Assembly: GCA_037127935.1 (NCBI GenBank)
Contig: JBAXXM010000006.1
Location: 86,579-150,578 of the forward strand
Length of the DNA stretch: 64,000 nucleotides
Direction: 5' to 3'
Origin: Synechococcaceae cyanobacterium ELA739
GTDB lineage: Bacteria > Cyanobacteriota > Cyanobacteriia > PCC-6307 > Cyanobiaceae
Both the position numbers and the translations under genes were made by a program. Shown piece by piece: positions 43,279 through 53,346 of this stretch. Every line of letters starts with the position of its first letter. The stretch's first letter is position 1. The notes beneath the pieces are model-generated. The model had not been told where the DNA came from, made no database searches, and saw only the letters and a list, made by a program, of their open reading frames with translations.

Positions 43279-45408
43279 TTGGACCTGCCGCTCGATCATT
43301 TCCGACTTCTTGGCGTGAGCCCGGCCAGTGACGCCCATACGGTGCTGCGCACCCTGGCGACCCGGCTCGACCGCAGCCCCGACCAGGGTTTCACCACCGA
43401 CACCCTGCAGGCGCGGGCCGAGTTGTTGCGGGCCAGCGCCGATCTGCTCAGCGATGAGGGGCGCCGCGTCGCCTACGAATCCGATCTCACGGCCCTGGCC
43501 AGCGCTGAGGGCACGGTGGTGGCGGCCCTGGAGGTGCCCAGCAGCCGCGAGGTGGCTGGCCTGCTGCTGCTGCTGGAGGCGGGCCAGGCGGCCGATTGCT
43601 TCGAGCTGGCCTGCCGCAGCCTGCAGCCCCCCCAGGCGCCCACCCTGGGCAGCAGCCGCGAAGCGGACCTGACCCTGCTGGCCGGTCTGGCCTGCCTGGC
43701 GGCCGCCGAGGAGGCCAAGCAGAGCCGCCATTTCGAGAGCGCCGCCGGCATCCTCCGGCAGGGCCTGCAGCTGTTGCAGCGCATGGGGCAGGTGCCGGAA
43801 ATGCGCGAACGCATGAGCCGGGAGCTGGAGCGCCTCACCCCGTACCGGGTGCTCGATCTGCTCAGCCGGGATCTGGCGGCCAAGGGTGAGCGGGCCGAAG
43901 GCTTGGCCCTGCTGGAGCAGCTGGTGCAGCAGCGCGGTGGTCTGGAGTCCAACAGCGATCCCGACTTCAGCGCCGAGGAGTTCCAGGCCTTTTTCCGCCA
44001 GATCCGGGGCTTCCTCACTGTTCAGGAACAGGTGGACCTGTTCAGCCGCTGGGGCGATGACGGGTCCGCCGCCGCCAACTTCCTGGCCAGTACGGCCCTG
44101 ACCGCCTCCGGGTTCGCCCAGCGCAAGCCCGAGCGCATCGCCGCCGCCCGCGATCGACTTCAGGCCAGTGGCCGCAGCGGCATCGAACCGCTGGTGGCCA
44201 ACCTGCACCTGCTGCTGGGGGATGTGGACACGGCCCGTGCCATCTTTGAAGGTAGCGCCAACAAGGATCTCAAGGCCTGGGCCGCCCGTCACAGCGACGA
44301 CCCCCTGGCCCAGCTCTGTGCCTACTGCAGCGACTGGCTGGGTCGCGATGTGCTGCCGGGATACCGCGATCTCGATGCGGATCCCGACCTGGAGGCCTAT
44401 TTCAGCGATCGCGACGTGGTGGCCTGGGTGGAGCGGGAGGACCGGCGCCATGGCCGCAGCTTCGGCCCGCCGATGGCCCCCGTCCCCGGCGAGGTGACCG
44501 CGATCAGCTCCAGTTCTGCCGGCGACGGCGATCTGGGCAGCTTCGACTGGAGCCTGCCCCCCGCCAGCCCTGACGCCGGCGAGCATGCGTTCAGCGACGC
44601 CGACCCCGAGGACGAAGAAACCCCCCTGTCCTGGGGGCTGCCTGAGCTGAATCTGCCCCGGATTCCGCTGCCCGCCCCACGGCTGCTGGCAGGCGCCGTC
44701 GTGGTGCTGCTGGCGCTTCTGGGTGGGGCCTGGCTGCTGCGTTCGCGGCCGGCTGCGCCGCCGTCGCCGGGGGGGGCTCCAGCCCGCGGCGTGGTGGAGA
44801 TTCCGGTGCAGCCGTCCGGCTCCAAACCGGCTGAACCCGGCTCCCCGTCCGCTCCCGCCAGGCCGGCTGAGCCGTCCACGCCCGCTGAACCGCCCAAGCC
44901 CAGCGAGGGCCAGGCTCAGACCAAGCCCAGCGATAGCCAGGCTCTGACCAGGCCCAACGGCGAGCAACCGCCGGCCACGGCCTCCCAGCCCAGCGCCACG
45001 CTCACCCCCACAGCCTTAACCGCCTCCGAACCCAGTGAGGCCCAGCTCCGCAGCCTGCTGGAGACCTGGCTGGCCATCAAGACCAAGGTGCTTGGCGGCG
45101 CCAGCCTGCCGCCCGACCTGGAGATCATCGCCAGGCAGAGCATGGTGGATCGACTGGCGGGCGAGCGCCGCCAGGATGCCGCCGGCGCTGCGGTGCAGAC
45201 CATTGAGGTGAGCATCACCGACCTGGCGATCCAGGAGCGCACGCCCAACCGCATCGCCATCCAGGCCACCCTGCGCTACAGAGACAGCCGCCGCAACAGT
45301 GCTGGCAAGGTGGTGGAGACCACCCCCGCGACCACGCTGCGCAACGTGTATGTGTTCGGTCGTGATGGGGATCGCTGGCGACTGGCCGCCTCCCACGCCG
45401 CTGGCTGA
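43279..45408 (+). CDS. ftn2: Cell-division protein Ftn2/ZipN (ARC6-like, C-terminal IMS domain)
   Basis: LPLDHFRLLGV J-like N-terminus, PDQGF, TM segment, C-terminal DUF4101/IMS-like region. Confidence 0.9.
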   Translation: MDLPLDHFRLLGVSPASDAHTVLRTLATRLDRSPDQGFTTDTLQARAELLRASADLLSDEGRRVAYESDLTALASAEGTVVAALEVPSSREVAGLLLLLEAGQAADCFELACRSLQPPQAPTLGSSREADLTLLAGLACLAAAEEAKQSRHFESAAGILRQGLQLLQRMGQVPEMRERMSRELERLTPYRVLDLLSRDLAAKGERAEGLALLEQLVQQRGGLESNSDPDFSAEEFQAFFRQIRGFLTVQEQVDLFSRWGDDGSAAANFLASTALTASGFAQRKPERIAAARDRLQASGRSGIEPLVANLHLLLGDVDTARAIFEGSANKDLKAWAARHSDDPLAQLCAYCSDWLGRDVLPGYRDLDADPDLEAYFSDRDVVAWVEREDRRHGRSFGPPMAPVPGEVTAISSSSAGDGDLGSFDWSLPPASPDAGEHAFSDADPEDEETPLSWGLPELNLPRIPLPAPRLLAGAVVVLLALLGGAWLLRSRPAAPPSPGGAPARGVVEIPVQPSGSKPAEPGSPSAPARPAEPSTPAEPPKPSEGQAQTKPSDSQALTRPNGEQPPATASQPSATLTPTALTASEPSEAQLRSLLETWLAIKTKVLGGASLPPDLEIIARQSMVDRLAGERRQDAAGAAVQTIEVSITDLAIQERTPNRIAIQATLRYRDSRRNSAGKVVETTPATTLRNVYVFGRDGDRWRLAASHAAG

Positions 45409-45453
45409 ACCGGCTACCCCTGAACTTTTTCCGCAGAGACGCCCCCACCGCTG

Positions 45454-46929
45454 ATGTTCGACGAGCTTTCCCAGCGTTTTGAAGACGCCGTCAAGGGCCT
45501 GAGGGGTCAGGCCACGATCTCCGAGTCGAATGTCGACGACGCCCTGAAGCAGGTGCGTCGGGCGCTTCTGGAGGCGGACGTGAGCCTGCCGGTGGTCAAG
45601 GACTTCGTCGAGGAGGTGCGGCGCGAGGCGATCGGGGCCGAGGTGGTGCGGGGCGTCAGCCCGGATCAGAAGTTCATCCAGCTGGTGCACCAGCAGCTGG
45701 TGGCCACCATGGGCGGCGAGAACGCCCCCCTGGCGCGCGCCGATCAGGGTCCGACCGTGATCCTGATGGCGGGCCTGCAGGGGGCGGGCAAGACCACCGC
45801 GACCGCCAAGCTCGGTCTCCACCTCAAGGAGCAGGGGCGCAAGTCGCTGCTGGTGGCGGCCGATGTCTACCGGCCCGCCGCCATCGACCAGCTGCGCACC
45901 TTGGGCCAGCAGATCGGCGTGGAGGTGTTCAGCCTCGGGGCCGAGGCCGCCCCGGAGGCGATCGCAGCCGCCGGCATCGCCAAGGCGAAGGCGGAAGACT
46001 TTGACACCGTGCTGGTCGACACCGCCGGTCGCCTGCAGATCGACACGGCGATGATGGAGGAGATGGTGCGGATCCGCGAAGCGGTGAAGCCCGACGAAGT
46101 GCTGCTGGTGGTCGACGCGATGATCGGCCAGGAGGCGGCCGAACTCACCCGTGCCTTCCACGACCAGGTGGGCATCACCGGTGCGGTGCTGACCAAGCTC
46201 GACGGTGATTCCCGCGGCGGCGCCGCCCTGTCGATCCGCAAGGTCAGCGGCGCACCGATCAAGTTCATTGGCACCGGCGAGAAGGTGGAGGCGCTGCAGC
46301 CGTTCCACCCGGAGCGCATGGCCAGCCGCATCCTCGGGATGGGTGATGTGCTCACCCTGGTGGAGCGGGCCACCAAGGAGGTGGAACTGGCTGATGTGGA
46401 GCAGATGCAGCGCAAGCTGCAGGAAGCCAGCTTCGACTTCTCGGACTTCGTCAAACAGATGCGCCTGATCAAGCGCATGGGCTCGCTGGGGGGACTGATG
46501 AAAATGATCCCGGGCATGAACAAGATCGATGACGGCATGCTCAAGCAGGGCGAGCAGCAGCTCAAGAAGATCGAGGCGATGATCGGCTCGATGACCGAAG
46601 CCGAACGCCGTCAGCCCGAACTGCTGGCCTCCCAGCCCAGTCGCCGGCGCCGCATCGCCGCCGGCAGTGGCCACACGCCAGCCGATGTGGACAAGGTGCT
46701 GGCCGATTTCCAGAAGATGCGCGGCTTCATGCAGCAGATCAGCAAGGGGGGCATGCCCGGAGTGCCCGGGATGGGGGGAATGGGTGGTTTCCCCGGCATG
46801 GGTGGCATGCCCGGCATGGGTGGTATGCCGGGGATGGGCGGCATGCCGGCCGGCGCCCGTCACGGCGGCGGCAATCCGCCGAGGCCGCCCAAGGTGAAGA
46901 AAAATCGCAAGGGCTTCGGAGAGCTCTGA
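45454..46929 (+). CDS. ffh: Signal recognition particle protein
   Basis: GLQGAGKTT, DTAGR, TKLDGD, RMASRILGMGD; GM-rich tail. Confidence 0.98.
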   Translation: MFDELSQRFEDAVKGLRGQATISESNVDDALKQVRRALLEADVSLPVVKDFVEEVRREAIGAEVVRGVSPDQKFIQLVHQQLVATMGGENAPLARADQGPTVILMAGLQGAGKTTATAKLGLHLKEQGRKSLLVAADVYRPAAIDQLRTLGQQIGVEVFSLGAEAAPEAIAAAGIAKAKAEDFDTVLVDTAGRLQIDTAMMEEMVRIREAVKPDEVLLVVDAMIGQEAAELTRAFHDQVGITGAVLTKLDGDSRGGAALSIRKVSGAPIKFIGTGEKVEALQPFHPERMASRILGMGDVLTLVERATKEVELADVEQMQRKLQEASFDFSDFVKQMRLIKRMGSLGGLMKMIPGMNKIDDGMLKQGEQQLKKIEAMIGSMTEAERRQPELLASQPSRRRRIAAGSGHTPADVDKVLADFQKMRGFMQQISKGGMPGVPGMGGMGGFPGMGGMPGMGGMPGMGGMPAGARHGGGNPPRPPKVKKNRKGFGEL

Positions 46930-47198
46930 TGGCAGCGGCGCTTCGCGACGCTGGCTCCACCGGCAAGCTGGTCTTGCGGAAACGTCGGCGGCGCCAACAC
47001 AAAAGGTCCACCGTCCTGCGGCGCCTGCTGGAGCCGGTCTGGATCGAGATCCGCACCATGCTGCGCACGCCGCTCTACCGCTGGAGCCTTGGCACGCTGG
47101 CCAGCCTGGCGTTGCTGTACTGGCTGCTGGGGGTCGTGTTGCCCTCCAGCAATCCCGACCGCTTCCGCCCGAGCCAGCAGGGTCAGCTCACAAGGTAG
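46929..47198 (+). CDS. Possible small membrane protein
   Basis: TGATG coupling to ffh; basic patch followed by one TM helix. Confidence 0.45.
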   Translation: MAAALRDAGSTGKLVLRKRRRRQHKRSTVLRRLLEPVWIEIRTMLRTPLYRWSLGTLASLALLYWLLGVVLPSSNPDRFRPSQQGQLTR

Positions 47199-47232
47199 AG
47201 TCTTCGTTTGGAAATCTCATGTCAGGGCCACG

Positions 47233-47676
47233 ATGATCAAGCTCCGCCTGAAGCGGTTTGGTAAGAAGCGGGAAGCGAGTTTCCGCCTCGTGGCCACCAA
47301 CAGCACCTCACGCCGGGACGGCCGTCCCCTGGAGGAGCTGGGCTTCTACAACCCCCGCACCAAGGAAACCCGCCTCGACACCGAGGCCATCCGCGCCCGC
47401 CTCAGCCAGGGCGCCCAGCCCACCGACACGGTGCGCTACCTGCTCGAAAAGGGCGGTCTGATCGAGAAGACGATCCGTCCGGCTGAAACGGTCGGCAAGC
47501 TCAAGCAGGCCGCCGCTCGCGAAGCCGCTGCCGCCGAGGCCAAGAAGGCCGAAGCTGAGGCCAAGGCCGCCGCCGCAGCGGCCGCCGCTGCCGAAGCCGA
47601 GGCCGCGGCAGCCGCCAAGGCCGCTGCCGAAGCAGCTCCTGAGGCCGAAGCAGCCCCCGCCGAGGCCGAAGCCTGA
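47233..47676 (+). CDS. rpsP: 30S ribosomal protein S16 with Ala/Glu/Lys-rich tail
   Basis: [27 protein letters not shown]. Confidence 0.98.
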   Translation: MIKLRLKRFGKKREASFRLVATNSTSRRDGRPLEELGFYNPRTKETRLDTEAIRARLSQGAQPTDTVRYLLEKGGLIEKTIRPAETVGKLKQAAAREAAAAEAKKAEAEAKAAAAAAAAAEAEAAAAAKAAAEAAPEAEAAPAEAEA

Positions 47677-47690
47677 GCGAGCCGTCCCCC

Positions 47691-48818
47691 TTGGGATTCA
47701 CGGCGGACCCGCTCGACAGCAGCGGTGCGGGTCCGACCCCGATGCCGAATCCAGCCACATCCGTTGAGTCGGACGCTGTCCCCGAATTGATGGGGCAGCC
47801 TGTCGGCGTTGATGGCACCGCCTCGGCTGGATCCAGTCAGCAGGGTTCCAGAGTCCTGGCCCTGCCCGATCCCGGCGCCGCCCTGGCCTTGGCGGGAGAG
47901 GCCGAGGCCAACCTGCGCCGCCTTGAGGCGCTCACCGGAGCCAAGCATGTGTTGCGCGGGCTGGAGCTGGTGATCCTGGGACGTCCGCCCCAACAGGAGC
48001 GGGCCATGGCCCTGATCGAAGCGGTCCGGGCCCTCTGGCAAAGCGGTGAACGGGTCAGTGCGGTGGATCTGCAGAGCGCCCTCACCGCCCTCGATACCGG
48101 CCGCGCCGAAGAGCATGGGGCGATGGGGCGTCAGGTGCTGGCCAGCAGTGTCAGCGGTAGGCCCTTGCGGGCCCGCACCCTGCGCCAGAAAGGTTTCATC
48201 GAAGCGATGGAACGCCACGACCTGACCCTGGCGATCGGTCCGGCGGGCACCGGCAAGACGTTCCTGGCCACGGTTCAGGCGGTGCGGATGCTGCAGGAAC
48301 GGCGCGTCGAGCGGCTGGTGCTGACGCGACCGGCGGTGGAGGCTGGCGAGCGACTGGGTTTTCTGCCCGGGGATCTGCAGCAGAAGGTGGATCCCTACCT
48401 GCGGCCCCTCTATGACGCCCTACACACCCTGCTGGGCCGGGAGCGCACCGAGGCCCTGCTGGAGAAGGGGGTGATCGAGGTGGCTCCCCTGGCCTACATG
48501 CGCGGGCGCACCCTGGCGGACGCCTTTGTGATCCTCGATGAGGCCCAGAACACCACCGCGGCCCAGATGCGCATGGTGCTCACCCGCCTGGGTGAAAACT
48601 CCCGCATGGTGGTGACCGGGGACATCACCCAGATCGATCTGCCGGTCGGGCAGTTGAGCGGCCTGGTGGAAGCCCAGCAGGTGCTGGCGGGGGTGGAGGG
48701 GGTGGCCATCTGCCGGTTCAGCGATGCCGACGTGGTGCGCCATCCCCTGGTGCAGCGGCTGGTGCAGGCCTACGCTCGCCTGGACGCTCGATCGAAGGCG
48801 ACAGCAGCCAGGCCGTGA
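47691..48818 (+). CDS. phoH: PhoH-family ATPase
   Basis: GPAGTGKTFLA, RPAVEAGERLGFLPG, LDEAQN; start uncertain. Confidence 0.95.
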   Translation: MGFTADPLDSSGAGPTPMPNPATSVESDAVPELMGQPVGVDGTASAGSSQQGSRVLALPDPGAALALAGEAEANLRRLEALTGAKHVLRGLELVILGRPPQQERAMALIEAVRALWQSGERVSAVDLQSALTALDTGRAEEHGAMGRQVLASSVSGRPLRARTLRQKGFIEAMERHDLTLAIGPAGTGKTFLATVQAVRMLQERRVERLVLTRPAVEAGERLGFLPGDLQQKVDPYLRPLYDALHTLLGRERTEALLEKGVIEVAPLAYMRGRTLADAFVILDEAQNTTAAQMRMVLTRLGENSRMVVTGDITQIDLPVGQLSGLVEAQQVLAGVEGVAICRFSDADVVRHPLVQRLVQAYARLDARSKATAARP

Positions 48819-49366
48819 TGCGCTACCAAACTGGCTTCTCGCCCTGGAGAAAACGGGCTGAGCGGCTGCACGTTCCTGCCCAGATTGCACTGGCGGCCCT
48901 GCTGGCCTACGCGTTGGGCTTCGCTTTCACCAGCCTGTTCCCCGGCTACCTGCCCAAGATCGGCGGGCTGTGGTCGGCCATCTCGGCGATCGTGGTTACC
49001 CAGGGCTCCCGCAGGGACACCGTTTCCTCGGCCTCGTTGCGGCTGCTGGGTTCGGCGATCGGGGCGATCACCAGCGCGATCTACCTGTCGCTGCTGCCGT
49101 TCCACCCCGTCGGCATGGCGGTCACCATCTTCGCGACGGTGCTGATCTGCCACGCCTTCAACGTCCCCAGTCACGCCCGCCTGGCGGCGATCACCGTGAT
49201 CGTCATCATGGTTACCGCCAGCCTGGCTCCCGCCCTGAGCCCGGGTCTGAACTCCCTGCTGCGCTTCGTCGAATCCAGCATCGGGACGGGCGTGGCCGTG
49301 CTGGAGGTGCTGCTCTGGCCCGCGGCGGCGGCGGCCGCCCCCAGCGCCTCGGCCAGGCGCCCATAG
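48815..49366 (+). CDS. FUSC/aromatic acid exporter family membrane protein
   Basis: LWSAISAIVV, RLLGSAIGA, RFVESSIG. Confidence 0.8.
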   Translation: MMRYQTGFSPWRKRAERLHVPAQIALAALLAYALGFAFTSLFPGYLPKIGGLWSAISAIVVTQGSRRDTVSSASLRLLGSAIGAITSAIYLSLLPFHPVGMAVTIFATVLICHAFNVPSHARLAAITVIVIMVTASLAPALSPGLNSLLRFVESSIGTGVAVLEVLLWPAAAAAAPSASARRP

Positions 49367-49443
49367 GGGGATCCACACCAGAGCGGCCGCCGTGCCCCCG
49401 CTGCCGCTGGCAGGATGGGTGAAGTTTCAACACCTTCTGAGCC

Positions 49444-50181
49444 ATGCCGGCCAGCAGCAATTTTCAGCAAGCCATCCAGGAGGCCCAGCGGGGCGCTCTG
49501 GTGGGCCCCAATGTGGTCAACAGGGCCCTGCCCTATGTGGGAGGCGGCATGGTGCTGACCGCCGCCGGGGTTCTGGGGGGCATCTCCCTGATGGCGTCCA
49601 GTCCAGCGCTGTTTATGCCCCTGTTCTGGGTGGCCCTGATCGGCAATTTCATCCTGTTCTTTGTCGCCCAGAACGCGGCAAGCAAGGGCAATAACGCCAC
49701 AGCCCTGCCGATCCTGACGGCCTACAGCCTGATCACCGGCTTCACCCTCAGCGGCATTGTCAGCTACGCCGTGGCGGCCGCCGGCATCGGCGCCGTTGGC
49801 ACCGCGGCCCTGGCCACCGGCCTGACCTTTGTGGTGGCCTCCTTCTTCGGCCGTCGCATGAGCGACAACGTCGGTCAGGCCCTGGCCGGCGTGGTGGGTC
49901 TGGGCATCATCGGCCTGGTGATTGCCATGGTGGTGCAACTCGTCGGCAGCATCTTTGCTCCTGGTGTGTTCAGTGCTGGCGGTTTTGAGTTGATGATCGC
50001 CGGTTTCGGCACCGTGCTGTTCGTGGGAGCGGCTTTCGTTGACTTCTACACCATGCCCCGCACCTATCGGGATGACCAGTATCTGGCTGGTGCGCTCGGA
50101 ATGTATCTCACCTATATCAACCTCTTCATCTTCATCCTGCGCCTGGTGATCGCGCTCCAGGGCGGCGGCCGTCGCGACTGA
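49444..50181 (+). CDS. Bax inhibitor-1/YccA family membrane protein
   Basis: Seven TM helices; YLTYINLFIFILR C-terminal motif. Confidence 0.92.
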   Translation: MPASSNFQQAIQEAQRGALVGPNVVNRALPYVGGGMVLTAAGVLGGISLMASSPALFMPLFWVALIGNFILFFVAQNAASKGNNATALPILTAYSLITGFTLSGIVSYAVAAAGIGAVGTAALATGLTFVVASFFGRRMSDNVGQALAGVVGLGIIGLVIAMVVQLVGSIFAPGVFSAGGFELMIAGFGTVLFVGAAFVDFYTMPRTYRDDQYLAGALGMYLTYINLFIFILRLVIALQGGGRRD

Positions 50182-50222
50182 ATTTCCAGCATCAGCCATT
50201 GTGCTAGTTTAGTTTTTTGCTC

Positions 50223-50250
50223 AGCAGCTCCACCGGGGCTGCTTTTTTTT
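50223..50250 (+). terminator. Rho-independent terminator
   Basis: AGCAGCTCC-ACCG-GGGCTGCT followed by T run. Confidence 0.75.
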
Positions 50251-50474
50251 GGCGAGACGGACTGCCTGCGGATCAGCTGCATCCTGTGACCACGAATATG
50301 TGCTAAAGTGGGTTTGAGAAGTTCGTCCGACGCTGGCGACCTCTCCCTCTGCCGCAATCGGCCTCGCCACCCCGCGAAGCCTGTCCTGGCAAGGGAGCGG
50401 GTCATCTCCGGACAGCTTCAGAACAGGTTCCCCCATGGATTCTGTTCATCTGCTGCCCATCCGTGTGACTTGTT

Positions 50475-50975
50475 GTGACATCACCCGATTCCATCGCCAA
50501 GGAGGTCAAATCCACCAGCAGGGCAGACCACGGCGGTGGGATTGATGATATTGCCAGGCCGCGCAAACGTAAGCGCTCCAAGCGCCGCGAACTGCTCTGT
50601 CCTCGGCACCCTGAGCAAAAGCTCTACAGCGTTTCGGCGAAATATCATCTGTATGTCACGGAGGTGTGCCAGCTGATGTTGCGGGGCCTCAGCAAACGCA
50701 GATCTGACGAGTTGTTGGCAGCCTTCAATCGGGTTCTGCCGCTGAATGGTGAATGGCTGGAGTGCTTCTGGTGTGACCAATGTGAATGCTCTTCCTGGTG
50801 GCACGTCAAGCGCCTCGATCCACAGGACTACACCCTCAGTCCCGTTCCCCGGGAACTGTGGGAGCAGGCCACGGGCGTGATCCGCGCCGAGGGCAATCCC
50901 ACGGTCAGTGACTTCAGTCGCCGCCAGGCCCGGGCCACCGGCGTCACCGGCCTGCGCCAATATCGCTTTCTCTAG
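50475..50975 (+). CDS. Hypothetical protein with putative Zn ligands (CxxH, CxxC)
   Basis: LLCPRHPEQ, EWLECFWCDQC, NPTVSDFSRR. Confidence 0.75.
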   Translation: MTSPDSIAKEVKSTSRADHGGGIDDIARPRKRKRSKRRELLCPRHPEQKLYSVSAKYHLYVTEVCQLMLRGLSKRRSDELLAAFNRVLPLNGEWLECFWCDQCECSSWWHVKRLDPQDYTLSPVPRELWEQATGVIRAEGNPTVSDFSRRQARATGVTGLRQYRFL

Positions 50976-51017
50976 GGGCTGCCGCTTCTCTAACGGCTGC
51001 CCCTTCTCTAAGGCCGC
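50968..51017 (+). repeat. Three ~17-nt direct repeats
   Basis: TTCTCTAGGGGCTGCCGC / TTCTCTAACGGCTGCCC / TTCTCTAAGGCCGCC. Confidence 0.7.
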
Positions 51018-51220
51018 CTCGCCGAGATTCAGACTGATTCACAACACGCAGGTATGACCGGCGTGTCAGCAGCACGAACCGGTCAGTCCCTGGAGGCGAA
51101 CGCCTGGATGGTCCTGCGAATGCCCATTCCATCCCCCATCAACGGCATGGTTGGGGTCAAAAACTCTCAACTCCTGCGGAACCAGATGTCCCGCGCCACC
51201 TTTGAGGCTCTAGCGAACTG

Positions 51221-52339
51221 ATGACCAAGACGGCCCTGATCACCGGCATCACCGGTCAGGATGGCTCCTACCTGGCTGAGCTTCTGTTGGAGAAGGGCTA
51301 TGTCGTGCATGGCATCAAGCGACGGGCCAGCAGCTTCAACACCGATCGCATTGATCACCTGTACCAGGATCCCCATGAGCGGGATCCGCGTCTGGTGCTG
51401 CACTACGGCGACCTCACCGACAGCAGCAACCTGATCAGCATCATCCAGCAGGTTCAGCCCGATGAGATCTATAACCTGGGCGCCCAGAGCCATGTGGCGG
51501 TCAGTTTTGAAAGCCCTGAATACACCGCCAACAGTGATGCCCTCGGCACCCTGCGCGTGCTGGAGGCGGTGCGCATTCTCGGCCTGACCGCCAAAACCCG
51601 CATTTATCAGGCTTCCACCTCTGAGTTGTACGGTCTCGTCCAGGAGATTCCTCAGAAAGAGACGACCCCCTTTTATCCCCGCAGCCCCTACGGCGTCGCC
51701 AAGCTGTACGCCTACTGGATCACGGTTAACTACCGCGAAAGCTATGGCATGTATGCCTGCAATGGCATCTTGTTCAACCACGAAAGCCCCCGGCGCGGGG
51801 AGACCTTCGTCACCCGCAAGATCACCCGAGGCCTGGCCCGGATCGATGCGCATCTCGACCAGTGCCTGTACATGGGCAACCTCGATTCCCTGCGTGACTG
51901 GGGCCATGCCCGCGACTACGTGGAGATGCAGTGGCGCATGCTGCAGCAGAGCGGTCCCCCCGAAGATTTCGTGATCGCCACCGGTCGGCAGGAGTCGGTG
52001 CGTCGCTTCATCGAACTGTCCGCCGGCGAGTTGGGTTGGGGCGGTATCGAATGGATGGGTGAAGGTCTGGCAGAAACCGGGGTTCGGCGTGACACCGGGG
52101 CCACGGTCGTGCGTATTGATCCCCGCTACTTCCGTCCGGCTGAAGTGGAAACCCTGCTGGGTGATCCCACCAAAGCCCACCGGAAGTTGGGTTGGCAGCC
52201 CACCACCACCCTGGAGCAACTGGTGGCCGAAATGGTGGCCCATGACAAGGAGGAGGCTGCCAAGGAAGCCCTGCTGCGCCGCGAGGGCTACCAGGTGGTT
52301 GGATCAATGGAGAATCCGCCCCAGGTGCTGGTCCCATGA
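51221..52339 (+). CDS. gmd: GDP-mannose 4,6-dehydratase
   Basis: [35 protein letters not shown]. Confidence 0.98.
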   Translation: MTKTALITGITGQDGSYLAELLLEKGYVVHGIKRRASSFNTDRIDHLYQDPHERDPRLVLHYGDLTDSSNLISIIQQVQPDEIYNLGAQSHVAVSFESPEYTANSDALGTLRVLEAVRILGLTAKTRIYQASTSELYGLVQEIPQKETTPFYPRSPYGVAKLYAYWITVNYRESYGMYACNGILFNHESPRRGETFVTRKITRGLARIDAHLDQCLYMGNLDSLRDWGHARDYVEMQWRMLQQSGPPEDFVIATGRQESVRRFIELSAGELGWGGIEWMGEGLAETGVRRDTGATVVRIDPRYFRPAEVETLLGDPTKAHRKLGWQPTTTLEQLVAEMVAHDKEEAAKEALLRREGYQVVGSMENPPQVLVP

Positions 52340-53346
52340 GCCCCAGCCCCTTGATTGCGCCCGGCGATCGCATTTACGTCGCCGGGCACCGCGGCATGGC
52401 CGGCTCGGCGATCCTGCGGCGACTGCAGGCTGGAGGCTATGGGCTGGCGCCGGCCCCGGACGGGCGCTTCGGGGCCCTGCTGACCGCCAGCCACCAGGAG
52501 CTCGATCTCACCGATCCGGTGGCCACTCGTGCCTGGTTCGAGGCCCAGCGGCCCGACGTGGTGGTGTTGGCGGCGGCCAAGGTGGGCGGCATCCTTGCCA
52601 ATTCCAGCTATCCGGCTGATTTCCTGCTGGACAACCTCAAGATTCAGCAGAACGTGATCGAAAACGCCTGGCGCCATGGCTGCCGGCGTCTGCTGTTTCT
52701 CGGGAGCAGCTGCATCTATCCCAAGTTCGCCGAGCAGCCGATCCGCGAAGAATCCCTGCTCACCGGCTCCCTGGAGCCGACGAACGAGTGGTACGCGATT
52801 GCCAAGATCACGGGCATCCAGCTCTGCCGGGCCCTGCGGCTGCAGCACGGCTTCGATGCGATCAGCCTGATGCCCACCAATCTCTATGGCCCGGGCGATA
52901 ACTATCACCCCACCAACAGCCACGTGCTGCCCGCCCTGATCCGCCGCTTCCAGGAGGCCGGCGAAAGTGGTGCTCCGGCAGTCGTCTGCTGGGGCAGCGG
53001 CACCCCCAGAAGGGAGTTCCTGCATGTCGATGACCTGGCCGATGCGGCGGTCTTCTGTCTGGAGCATTGGCAGCCAGGCGATGGGGAGCCCCAACATCTC
53101 AATGTCGGCACCGGCTGTGACCTGACCATCCGGGAGTTGGCGGAGCTGGTGGCCCAGGCGGTGGGCTACAGCGGGGCGATCCGCTGGGACGCGAGCAAGC
53201 CCGATGGCACGCCCCGCAAGCTGCTCGATGTCAGCCGTCTAGGGAGCCTGGGCTGGCAGGCCCGCATCCCCCTGGAGCAGGGCTTGAACAGCACGGTCGC
53301 GGACTACATTTCCAGCCGGGAAGCCGGTATCGGGGTACGACTGTGA
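52336..53346 (+). CDS. fcl: GDP-L-fucose synthase
   Basis: [35 protein letters not shown]. Confidence 0.96.
   Translation: MSPSPLIAPGDRIYVAGHRGMAGSAILRRLQAGGYGLAPAPDGRFGALLTASHQELDLTDPVATRAWFEAQRPDVVVLAAAKVGGILANSSYPADFLLDNLKIQQNVIENAWRHGCRRLLFLGSSCIYPKFAEQPIREESLLTGSLEPTNEWYAIAKITGIQLCRALRLQHGFDAISLMPTNLYGPGDNYHPTNSHVLPALIRRFQEAGESGAPAVVCWGSGTPRREFLHVDDLADAAVFCLEHWQPGDGEPQHLNVGTGCDLTIRELAELVAQAVGYSGAIRWDASKPDGTPRKLLDVSRLGSLGWQARIPLEQGLNSTVADYISSREAGIGVRL

Noticed and set aside
46740-46850. GMPGMG repeats in Ffh and the Ala/Glu/Lys tail of S16 (47500-47676)
   Set aside because: Common low-complexity tails in these proteins
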